Source: a virus (taxonomy: Duplodnaviria > Caudoviricetes). Taken from it: a DNA stretch of 64,000 nucleotides. Position numbers and translations under genes: made by a program. How positions within the stretch are numbered: position 1 is the stretch's first letter; each line of letters opens with the position of its first letter. The stretch is taken from IMG/VR virus record IMGVR_UViG_3300037722_000745, positions 128,001 to 192,000 of that record; one strand, given 5' to 3'. The notes under the pieces are model-generated. The model had not been told where the DNA came from. It was given only the letters and a program-made list of their open reading frames with translations, and did not search any database. Positions 45,463 through 53,841 of this stretch are shown here, one piece after another.

Positions 45463-47475
45463 TTACCGGAGCCGACTCCGTAGCCCCAAACTACGAGGGA
45501 CAGTGCGTTCCGAATACCCGCCATGCTTCAGAGCCCTCATCCTCTGATAGCGGCTTACCGTCATATGCTGACCAGTACCCCTGATACCCGCACTCGCGCC
45601 AAACACATGCTTCTCGTCACGCATACGCTCAGAGGTCAGCCAGACCGAACGGACGAACGCATCACTGCGGTCATCGTGATAGCCAGCTGTCTTAGGGGCT
45701 TCTACGAGGACAATGTGTCGAGACACTTGCTCGGCTTGGAGATGGAGCAGCTCATCAATGAAATCGGAGTGCTTCTTGTTCTGTGGGATTGGCGTGTCGT
45801 ACAGAGTCAAAGACCGATCGAACATGAGCATCTTGGTGTTCTGGTACATACGAGAAGTCATCTCCCGTTGAAACAACTCGCACTTGAATTGAGTTAGGCC
45901 CTTCTTGCGCAATCGTTGCTCCAACGGGATCCCATTCCATCGGTCAAAGAGACCCTCCGAAATATAGAACCTCTTCGTCAGTGCCCAAATCCAGTCCGCG
46001 ATCTCGTCAAAGTCCAAACGCGTTACATCACCAATCGTCTTGCTATAGGGTGTTGAGAACCGACCTCCTAAATGGGGGTTAGACTCACGCCAATCTACCC
46101 CCGCCTGCCAATACTCGTGGTACACCAACACAATCTGACCGCCGACATTCGTCGTGATTGCCACGCACGTACCGTCCTTAACCAAACCCACGTCGATTCC
46201 CATCTGATGGGGTGTTCTAGGGCCTCCGACAATCTGCGGTCTTAACTCAGGATTGATGCAGTCGAGCAAATCCTGCTCGCGTTCAATCCACCCACGAACA
46301 CGATCACTAAACTGGGCCCCGTGCTCCGTCATAAACGAAGCCGGATCCGCATGGTAGTGCTGCTTGTAGTAGGAAGCCGGAACCGTCGGGTTAACCTCCC
46401 AAGTCGGGGCTTGGATCGCAAGAATGTTGTTCGACCCAGGGCCCTTTCTCATTGCCAAGTCAAACTGATCGAAGAACTTGCCGTTCCGGTTGAGCGGGGA
46501 CGAGATCATAATGATCCTCGCCTCAACGTCTCCAATCGGCTTATCAGGGCGATTGGGATCCTTGGGAGAAAAGGCCGCGGTTGAGGGTGTGACCGCCTTG
46601 TAGATATCTTCCGCCGACGCCTGACCCTTGTCCTGGAAGTGAGCCACCTCGTCCAGGATCACAACACAATTGCCAGAACCACGAAGGCCCTTCGCGATAC
46701 AGCTCTTGAAAGTAACACGGAGCGTTGCCTTCCCGTTCAAGCTTTGAAAGCGACCGTCCTGACGATAGACCGTTCCATACTTCTCGATGTCGTACGGGGT
46801 CCTAAACTGAACGTGAGACAGAGTGTTGTTGGCGACGTACGGTTTGAAGTACTCGCACCGAACGAGGTGAGAGGTCACCTCATTGAAAAGGATCCCGGCC
46901 TGCTCTTTGTCCGTAGCAACCGAGATGATCTGGATTCGGTTGCCGTTGGGGAGGCCGTAGTACTCCTGAGGATTGTAGAGATTGAGCAGCCGGTAGACTT
47001 CGTAGCTCGCAAAGATTCCAGAAAGCGTTGTTTTTCCGCCGCGCCTACCGATAGCCAAGACTAACTCACGTCGCTCGTGATCCTGCTCCCCAATATTGCA
47101 GCGACCTTCATTGTAGAGGTACTCCAGGTACTCCTTCTCGGTGAAGGTGTGGAGAACCTTGGTCCCAAGCATGTCAGGGATCTCAATTCTCTTCTCCTTG
47201 TCGTCTAGTTCCAGGTGGTAGTACAGCTTGACGATGAAGCGCTGTGCCGGGAACAACCGCATCCCGAGGCCCCACTGGCTCTCGATGTACTCCAGGATGT
47301 TAAAGATCCGTGGCTTGAAAGGCTTGGGCGTCCCATCGATGACGAGTTCTCCCTCATCATCAACCCCGCCCTGAGCAAGCTCCAGCTCTTTCTGTCCGAC
47401 AGCGAGCTTAGCTTTACTACCCGCATCACGGATGAGAGCGGCAACCCCTTCCCCCGCTCGCCTACGCCCTGCCAT
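45463..47475 (-). CDS. terL: Terminase large subunit
   Basis: Walker A GRRGGKTT, Walker B VVILDE, coupling motif ISSP, nuclease motifs MGIDVG and HDDRSDA. Confidence 0.9.
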   Translation of the reverse strand: MAGRRRAGEGVAALIRDAGSKAKLAVGQKELELAQGGVDDEGELVIDGTPKPFKPRIFNILEYIESQWGLGMRLFPAQRFIVKLYYHLELDDKEKRIEIPDMLGTKVLHTFTEKEYLEYLYNEGRCNIGEQDHERRELVLAIGRRGGKTTLSGIFASYEVYRLLNLYNPQEYYGLPNGNRIQIISVATDKEQAGILFNEVTSHLVRCEYFKPYVANNTLSHVQFRTPYDIEKYGTVYRQDGRFQSLNGKATLRVTFKSCIAKGLRGSGNCVVILDEVAHFQDKGQASAEDIYKAVTPSTAAFSPKDPNRPDKPIGDVEARIIMISSPLNRNGKFFDQFDLAMRKGPGSNNILAIQAPTWEVNPTVPASYYKQHYHADPASFMTEHGAQFSDRVRGWIEREQDLLDCINPELRPQIVGGPRTPHQMGIDVGLVKDGTCVAITTNVGGQIVLVYHEYWQAGVDWRESNPHLGGRFSTPYSKTIGDVTRLDFDEIADWIWALTKRFYISEGLFDRWNGIPLEQRLRKKGLTQFKCELFQREMTSRMYQNTKMLMFDRSLTLYDTPIPQNKKHSDFIDELLHLQAEQVSRHIVLVEAPKTAGYHDDRSDAFVRSVWLTSERMRDEKHVFGASAGIRGTGQHMTVSRYQRMRALKHGGYSERTVPRSLGLRSRLR

Positions 47476-47478
47476 GCA

Positions 47479-48096
47479 TCACCGCACCAATTCTTCGGCC
47501 CTGTCCTCCCAACCGTCCATCGCAGAGGTAAGTCGATTGAAAAACAAGTCGAGAGATTCTGGTTCTAGGGTCTCTTCCGCCACCTCTCGAATAGTGGTAA
47601 CCCAGAGGGCAAAGATCCTCTGGAACTTCTCGCTGTGAACATCGACCTGATCGAACCCGATCTTCCTCATCTCCATCTCGATATCAGCGATCTTCTTGAG
47701 AGCGTCGATACGGCGGGCTGAGATGGTTGTGATGTCCTTCCCCATCTTGGTGTTGATCGTACGTTGGTATGCCAACGTTGCTGCTTCGCGAGCAACCTCC
47801 CCCTTGAGGGTGCTCAGCAGGGCTAACGAATCCTTCCCCTTCGAAGAGCGGACGACTGGATCATTGTCGATGGCCGCATTCCGCTCCGCCGCAGTCTGCT
47901 CGTAGTACGCTTCATCCTCTTCCGTAGGTCGGTTAAAGCGACTACCGGGGGGTTTGTCCTTGCTGCGCTTACCCGCCGCACGGCCCCCCGCCGGTACTGC
48001 AGGCGGCATAAACATCACTTTGGCCTTAGGGCCCATTACAGGTTTCTCCTCCACCCTCTCTAGTAGGTCATTGTCTGGATCGCTCGCGTTACTCAT
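47479..48096 (-). CDS. Putative terminase small subunit
   Basis: Helical 205-aa ORF 3 nt upstream of terL; assigned by position. Confidence 0.5.
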   Translation of the reverse strand: MSNASDPDNDLLERVEEKPVMGPKAKVMFMPPAVPAGGRAAGKRSKDKPPGSRFNRPTEEDEAYYEQTAAERNAAIDNDPVVRSSKGKDSLALLSTLKGEVAREAATLAYQRTINTKMGKDITTISARRIDALKKIADIEMEMRKIGFDQVDVHSEKFQRIFALWVTTIREVAEETLEPESLDLFFNRLTSAMDGWEDRAEELVR

Positions 48097-48512
48097 ACGC
48101 CACCCACCGGGGAGGTCCCCCCACCGCCGCCTGTCTCAATGAGGTATTGACTCAGGTTGTTGACCGTGGCGTACCCCTTATCCCTAGGCACCTGGACCCT
48201 CAACGTGCGGTCCATATCAACGTAGGTGTTGCTATCACCTGGCCAGCCCTTCTCCACGTAGTTAAGAACACCTACGCTGCGAGGCACGGGTTGGAACAAA
48301 TCCTTAGGTCTTAGGTCCCTACGATCAGGCTTGGTACCGTCCTCTCGAGTAGTGTCCGTTTGAGCAAAATCTCGGACAACCTCTCTTGAGATCCCCTTAG
48401 GCTTGTTCACCAGTCGAACAGAATCCCGGGTCTCCTTGCGACCACCGGGAGCCTGGTCCGCAACCCTCCGTTGGAAACGAGCCACGACACGAACTGTCAG
48501 CACAGAACTCAA
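48093..48512 (-). CDS. Hypothetical protein
   Basis: 139 aa; begins with VRVVARFQRRVA. Confidence 0.55.
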   Translation of the reverse strand: MSSVLTVRVVARFQRRVADQAPGGRKETRDSVRLVNKPKGISREVVRDFAQTDTTREDGTKPDRRDLRPKDLFQPVPRSVGVLNYVEKGWPGDSNTYVDMDRTLRVQVPRDKGYATVNNLSQYLIETGGGGGTSPVGGV

Positions 48513-50470
48513 AGTCTGACCTTCCCTGTACCAAACTGAATGGTGACCAAGTCAGGATCTGCAGCCTCCCTCACTGAAACATCCAGCTCGTGCTGCATCT
48601 GAAACTCCGCTACAGTGTTCGTGGCATTGTTTACTAGAGACTCGTACGTGACCTCCATCGATCTCCCAGACGCTAACACCTCACGCTGCTGAGCAGCCTT
48701 GTTGGTGTAAGGTGGTTCAACCACTAGACGCTTGTGGATCTTGGAGCAAAATCCGAGCCTGGTTTGATGCACACAACTATCGCATTTGGACCCTTGTTTG
48801 ACGTAACCCAATCCACGAGACCTGTGTAAACGGGCAGCCTCGTCACAGCCACGACCGTAGTCGTCATAGACTGAAGGGTCTACGTAGAAGATCCCCTGAA
48901 GCCCTTGCTCCGCGAGTATGGGCCTCAACTCTTCTTTTGCCGCTACGAGGTCACGAACTTCGTAACGTGTTTTGAGAGCCATCACGAGATCCTCGCCGTA
49001 AAGACCCTCGTTCATGTAACGACTAGCCTGCCGGGCAATATCCCGACGAGTTATCCCACCAGTACTGTGCTCCAAACGCTGCCCATAGAAGCCCTCCATG
49101 AAGCCCATACGAGCAGGCGCCACCTGAGGCAAGGCAGCTTCCCGTGTGGCATCGTGGATAGCCTTGAGGGCCTTCGCCGGGGTCTCACCCCAGCTCGACG
49201 CGGTCTTCACATCCCACGGGTTGAGACGACCCGAGAGCTTGTGCTCCTGAAGAACCGCTTCGACCGTCTCTTCAGTCAATACGTCAGACGCCGCTTGAAC
49301 TAGGCGTTTACCGTACAACATGCAGCGCGTCTTATTGTAGATGCAAGATCCGCACTTCTCACCCGCTACGACAGCACGGACACCCGGGTTGTGCTTCGCC
49401 AGAAAGTCGGCCCCCTTGTGGCAGGACTCGAAGCTAGCCTGCTTCGTGTAGATCACCCCATAGAGTCCCGCCTCACGGAAGATTGGCTGCCACTGATCAC
49501 GTGTGCGAACTAGCAGGTCCGAACTAAAGGCGAGCTTGAGAGACCGAACGAGTTCTTCACGCGTGAGACCCTTCACCATCTCACGGTGCAAGAAAGCCAC
49601 GACAGGCTTGCCATCAACTTCCGCCTGCTTTTTGCGAGTCAAAGCGGAGACAGAAACGAGCTGTTCCTTAACTAGAGCAGGATCAACCGTAGCCACCCGT
49701 GTCCGGGAAATTCCTTGACCTTCATACGTCTCAGAAGGTCGAGTCCTTCGAGGGGCCAAGAAAGCCCCTCGAATTCGTTCACGCGGGTCTACCCCCTCAA
49801 CAGCCTGAACAGCACGACCCTTACCCTGCTCCGCCCGCTCAATAGCGTCCGCCAGAGAGTTCGAGTAGGGGACCTCCAGCTCGAGCTGCTTGTGGAAAAT
49901 CCCGCAATGGTTTGTTGAACCTGCCGTTGAGCTGACATGCCGGCATCCTTGACAGGCATCCTTGGCGATCACATAGCGGGCATCTCGTGCGTACCGTTTG
50001 ACAAACTCCGCAGCTCGGCCTCCTCTAGCACACGTAGGGAAGTCCTCAGCCATCACGTAGAGCGGCCCCAAAAGGCCACGTTCGGTCAACACCTCTGCTA
50101 ACACCTGTCGGTGTTCACGGAGGATCTCAACACTTCCAATACGCTTGATCAGTTCACTCCTCAATCGAGAGGGATCACTTGACTGCATGAGCGCTAGGCG
50201 TGAAATCCTACGGATGGTCTCTGCTTGAGGGCGCAAAGGACCGTGCACCTGAGATAGGTCTCCCATGGTGTTCGGACCTGTGTTAGGAACCAGGTAGCTA
50301 GTAGGATCCTCATCGTTGCGGGCCCACAAGGCTTCAAGATCGGGTTGGACATCCAAGTTCTGCTTGGGCAGATCTTCAGATTCCCGATACGCCTCTTCAT
50401 CAATGTCCAACCAATCCAGGTCGGCCACTGAGGAATCCTTCAAGAAGTTGCTGAGATCAAACTCCGCCAT
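48509..50470 (-). CDS. Protein with three Cys-rich metal-binding repeats
   Basis: Three E[RAQ]GLxG...C...CxxC...C...KxL modules. Confidence 0.65.
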   Translation of the reverse strand: MAEFDLSNFLKDSSVADLDWLDIDEEAYRESEDLPKQNLDVQPDLEALWARNDEDPTSYLVPNTGPNTMGDLSQVHGPLRPQAETIRRISRLALMQSSDPSRLRSELIKRIGSVEILREHRQVLAEVLTERGLLGPLYVMAEDFPTCARGGRAAEFVKRYARDARYVIAKDACQGCRHVSSTAGSTNHCGIFHKQLELEVPYSNSLADAIERAEQGKGRAVQAVEGVDPRERIRGAFLAPRRTRPSETYEGQGISRTRVATVDPALVKEQLVSVSALTRKKQAEVDGKPVVAFLHREMVKGLTREELVRSLKLAFSSDLLVRTRDQWQPIFREAGLYGVIYTKQASFESCHKGADFLAKHNPGVRAVVAGEKCGSCIYNKTRCMLYGKRLVQAASDVLTEETVEAVLQEHKLSGRLNPWDVKTASSWGETPAKALKAIHDATREAALPQVAPARMGFMEGFYGQRLEHSTGGITRRDIARQASRYMNEGLYGEDLVMALKTRYEVRDLVAAKEELRPILAEQGLQGIFYVDPSVYDDYGRGCDEAARLHRSRGLGYVKQGSKCDSCVHQTRLGFCSKIHKRLVVEPPYTNKAAQQREVLASGRSMEVTYESLVNNATNTVAEFQMQHELDVSVREAADPDLVTIQFGTGKVRL

Positions 50471-50485
50471 GGATCAATCGTCTCC

Positions 50486-51871
50486 CTATCCTTGAATGTG
50501 GTCGTCTTGGGCCACATAAGGACCTTGGACTTCGCGCTGGTATGTGTAATCCGGACGCATACTACGAGTCGTGTAATCCCATTTGATATACGGTTGACTC
50601 TGCTCTAGACGCTCCCCCACTCCTGGCACATCTAAATCATGGTCATACCTAGTGTCAGGGACCTCTGGGATCCCCGACGAAGCCGATTGTTGAGGGTAGT
50701 AGTCAGACCTAGCCACCGGAGGCAACACGTCTTGAGGGAGCAATGTAGCCGCCTTCCATCGGGACTGACCCACAGCCAATTCCACAACAGGAGTCGTGTC
50801 ACTCACTCCAAGAGAAGCAGCTCCGCCCGGGAGTTCAGAATGAGGTCCGTAAACCCCTTTCCCAGTCGAAGTTGGGTTCGGTACCTCCAAACCACCCCCA
50901 TGCCCATCACCTAACCCAAAGGAATCAGCATCTGTCGGAGTGCGGTCAACCGGCAAGCCAGAGCCTGCAACCGTCGCAGAGGGGCTCTCCAAACGATTCT
51001 CCCACTCCATGTTGTAGTCATATTCGCGGGGGCCAGCGTCGTTCAAACTCCACAGATCCTCATCATTGGTGCGATCCAAATCTTCGACCCGAGGTCCAGG
51101 CAAAGTCGAAGGCGGAATTGACGAGTTGGCAGTTCTAGCCAAGACTCTCGCTTGCAACGACGCTTGCTTTAGGCTCTGTTCTACCGGGTCCGCCGGAGAC
51201 TTGGGATCCACGTAGTTATCCGCCAAGTCCTTACCATCAGGTGTTCTAGACGCCCTTCCCTCTCCGTCTCCATCTAGATCAACCCTGTCCCCCTCCTGCT
51301 CGACCTCCTCCATATCGTCCTTGGTCTCTCTATCAGGGTCATCCATATTCCGTTCCGCCTCACCCACAAGGCGCTCTACGGTCTCGACATCACTGCTCTC
51401 GAGTTCCGCCAATTTGGGTTTCCAATGAGAGGCATTCAGTTCGTCATGAACCGTATCCGAGATCGCGGAAAGGCTCTCGCACGCATCGTAGAGAGCCTTC
51501 CTGACATCCTTGATAGACATCACATACCCACGCCCACCGATCAAACCATCCGGAGAAATGGTAGAAGACTTGACCTTAGCGAACTGCCGATGTGCGGTCA
51601 TCGCATGCCCCAAAGCTACGGACATCGCCCACAGCATTCTAGCTAGCGGCTTGAGAGCCTTGGGGTTGTAGTCGTAGTCCTTTGGGATCGCACGCTTGAG
51701 ATGATCGACCATCTCGTTGTCAGGGCCAGAAGCTGTCTTAGGTACCTGCCCCACAACATGCACACCTCCCCCTCGATACCCAGCTAGCTTCATCTGAAGT
51801 TGAAGCTGTGTCCTCTCCAGCTCTTGAACATGCCGATTGAGAGCGGCTAGTGTGTTCTCGCGTGCACTCAC
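50486..51871 (-). CDS. Acidic multi-module hypothetical protein, putative internal head protein
   Basis: Helical N-half and low-complexity C-half; PKTAS and LKQASLQARVLARTANS motifs. Confidence 0.6.
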   Translation of the reverse strand: MSARENTLAALNRHVQELERTQLQLQMKLAGYRGGGVHVVGQVPKTASGPDNEMVDHLKRAIPKDYDYNPKALKPLARMLWAMSVALGHAMTAHRQFAKVKSSTISPDGLIGGRGYVMSIKDVRKALYDACESLSAISDTVHDELNASHWKPKLAELESSDVETVERLVGEAERNMDDPDRETKDDMEEVEQEGDRVDLDGDGEGRASRTPDGKDLADNYVDPKSPADPVEQSLKQASLQARVLARTANSSIPPSTLPGPRVEDLDRTNDEDLWSLNDAGPREYDYNMEWENRLESPSATVAGSGLPVDRTPTDADSFGLGDGHGGGLEVPNPTSTGKGVYGPHSELPGGAASLGVSDTTPVVELAVGQSRWKAATLLPQDVLPPVARSDYYPQQSASSGIPEVPDTRYDHDLDVPGVGERLEQSQPYIKWDYTTRSMRPDYTYQREVQGPYVAQDDHIQG

Positions 51872-51876
51872 GGTAT

Positions 51877-52143
51877 TCAGCCCTTGAGGGGCTCCCCCTT
51901 GTCATCAAATAGCCTCTCAATGTAGTAGCCGTCCCCCTCTTTCTTAAGGGTCCAGAGTTCCCTCTCGCTCCGATGGATCAACGTGTCAGAAGACAGTCGG
52001 ATGAACGGACGAATGTCCGCCATGGACGCCACCTTGGTACGTCCTGTCTGGTGTGGTTTGAGGATATGGGCCTCCCTCTCGAACAAGGCATCTAAGCCTG
52101 TCTCACCGGCCATTCTCATCGCACTCAGATCGAAGTCGTCCAT
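51877..52143 (-). CDS. Small hypothetical protein
   Basis: 88 aa with GAGG RBS; MDDFDLS start resembles MAEFDLS of 48509..50470. Confidence 0.55.
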   Translation of the reverse strand: MDDFDLSAMRMAGETGLDALFEREAHILKPHQTGRTKVASMADIRPFIRLSSDTLIHRSERELWTLKKEGDGYYIERLFDDKGEPLKG

Positions 52144-52150
52144 CCTACCC

Positions 52151-53047
52151 TCACGTAATGTTCAAGGTCACAGTCACATCCACGCTCAGGTTCGAGCTGT
52201 AACCAGTGATCCTCAATGTCTCCGTGTATGTTCCAACAAGCATGCCATCCGAAGGTGCCACCAACACAGTGATCGGTTGTGAGGCCCCGCCGTTGAGTGA
52301 CCCGTAGGTCGGAGAGAAGCTGGCCAGCCAAGTGACCCCTTGCAGTCTCTTCACCTGGAAATCCAACACAGAGGCCGCCGGACCCGAGTTGGTCAACAAG
52401 ATCTGTTGGGACGGAATCGCTGGGAAGGACCCAGTTAGAGGGGCCGCCACATTGAAGGTCAGACTTGTAGGTGCAGGCGAGATCTCCGCCTTTGGTCGCA
52501 CTTCAACCGTCACCGGGATCGTCTGCGGGCTGTTCGGCGCATCCGAAGCTTGCACCGTCAGCTGAGCTGAGTACGGGCTCCCTGTCTCGAGCAAGTTGGT
52601 GCTGTCAACCTGCACATCAAAACTACCCGAGGCGTTCGCCACCAACGCCTCCACAGTGGCCGGTAACGGGTACACGTACGAAACGGATGACGTAACCGTC
52701 GCCGACAACAACGACCCCAGAATCCCATTGTTGGTCAGAAGAACGGACTTAGCGATTGACACCCCCCGACCCTCATCGACGACAAAAACCAAGGTCGTAG
52801 GAGACAAGAGGATGCTTGGCGTGTACGCCTGACGCACCTCATCGATCGAATCCGACATCGCCTTCGCCACATCACCGGGTATCGGCACCATGTCGCGCAG
52901 GAACCCGTACGGGGTGATCACGTCCCGGATCTCGGTCCTCACGACCGCTTGCGACACATCCACACGCGTCGTCCACCTCCAAGGCCCGTCAAGCAAAGTG
53001 ACCTGGAAGTGGTAATCCTGGTGTCGGAGTAGCGATTGACTAGACAA
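52151..53047 (-). CDS. Ig-like (viral BACON-type) domain protein
   Basis: ISPAPTSLTF...ILLTNSG...VTWL..FSPTYGSL...ITVLV...VGTYTETLRIT...VTVTLNI, with a second similar domain upstream. Confidence 0.65.
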   Translation of the reverse strand: MSSQSLLRHQDYHFQVTLLDGPWRWTTRVDVSQAVVRTEIRDVITPYGFLRDMVPIPGDVAKAMSDSIDEVRQAYTPSILLSPTTLVFVVDEGRGVSIAKSVLLTNNGILGSLLSATVTSSVSYVYPLPATVEALVANASGSFDVQVDSTNLLETGSPYSAQLTVQASDAPNSPQTIPVTVEVRPKAEISPAPTSLTFNVAAPLTGSFPAIPSQQILLTNSGPAASVLDFQVKRLQGVTWLASFSPTYGSLNGGASQPITVLVAPSDGMLVGTYTETLRITGYSSNLSVDVTVTLNIT

Positions 53048-53071
53048 GGATAGCCTCGTCTGATCGCACTA

Positions 53072-53080
53072 TATAAAAGA
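53072..53080 (-). promoter_or_regulatory. Candidate late-promoter motif TCTTTTATA at the start of the structural operon
   Basis: AT-rich gap at the replication/structural boundary, 25 nt upstream of 53047. Confidence 0.45.
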
Positions 53081-53112
53081 AAACCCTGGATTTAGGACCT
53101 CACAGGGAAAGG

Positions 53113-53841
53113 TCAGAGGCAGCGATCCACACCACGATTCGCCCATTGAGGCAACTGCACCGCTCTCAGGATGTTGAACTTCTTGCTGCTGATCGACGAG
53201 AATATCTTGTGGTATGGGGTGTAGACCGAAATCTCGTCTCTGACTCCCGCCTGCTCGACTTCCCTCTTAAGGGTGTCAACAGCCTTGAAAAACCGGTGGC
53301 GCACACGACCCTGGGTCAACTGCAACTCCTTGGCGACCTCAGACTGGCAAGTCGTTTTCCACATACCGACCAAGATATTGATATCGATCTGCTCAAACAA
53401 ACCCTTCAAATCTTCCCGCATGTCCTCTTCCAGGACATCCGGTATAGACAAGAGGAACTTGATCCTCTGGATGCCGCGGTCCAAACGGTACGAGATGGCT
53501 GCCTGGGTCACGCCAAAAATAGTGGCAATATCCGCCTGCCTCTTCTTGCAGACGTAGTAGAGGTCGATCAGATCTGCCTCTCGCTTCGGTATTCGGTCAA
53601 GTAACGGCAGAATTCTAGTCTCGTAGTCATCGCCGGAGAACAACGCCTCCACCTCCTCAGCGTCCTCTCGCTCACACTCATCAAGGAGACTGTCAGGATC
53701 GGCGAAACGATTTGCCAGTTCGGCTGGGTCTACCGGAATCACGTATCCGCTTGACATAGATCGCATCCTCCTGCGGCATAGCCGCTTTTCAAACTCACGA
53801 CTCTGGGATCGTGAGCTGACGATCAAAGAACGCAGACACAA
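53113..53841 (-). CDS. Sigma-factor-like protein with two region-4 HTH motifs (likely start MSSGY at 53757)
   Basis: LDRIPKREADLIDLYYVCKKRQADIATIFGVTQAAISYR and CQSEVAKELQLTQGRVRHR. Confidence 0.7.
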   Translation of the reverse strand: MCLRSLIVSSRSQSREFEKRLCRRRMRSMSSGYVIPVDPAELANRFADPDSLLDECEREDAEEVEALFSGDDYETRILPLLDRIPKREADLIDLYYVCKKRQADIATIFGVTQAAISYRLDRGIQRIKFLLSIPDVLEEDMREDLKGLFEQIDINILVGMWKTTCQSEVAKELQLTQGRVRHRFFKAVDTLKREVEQAGVRDEISVYTPYHKIFSSISSKKFNILRAVQLPQWANRGVDRCL

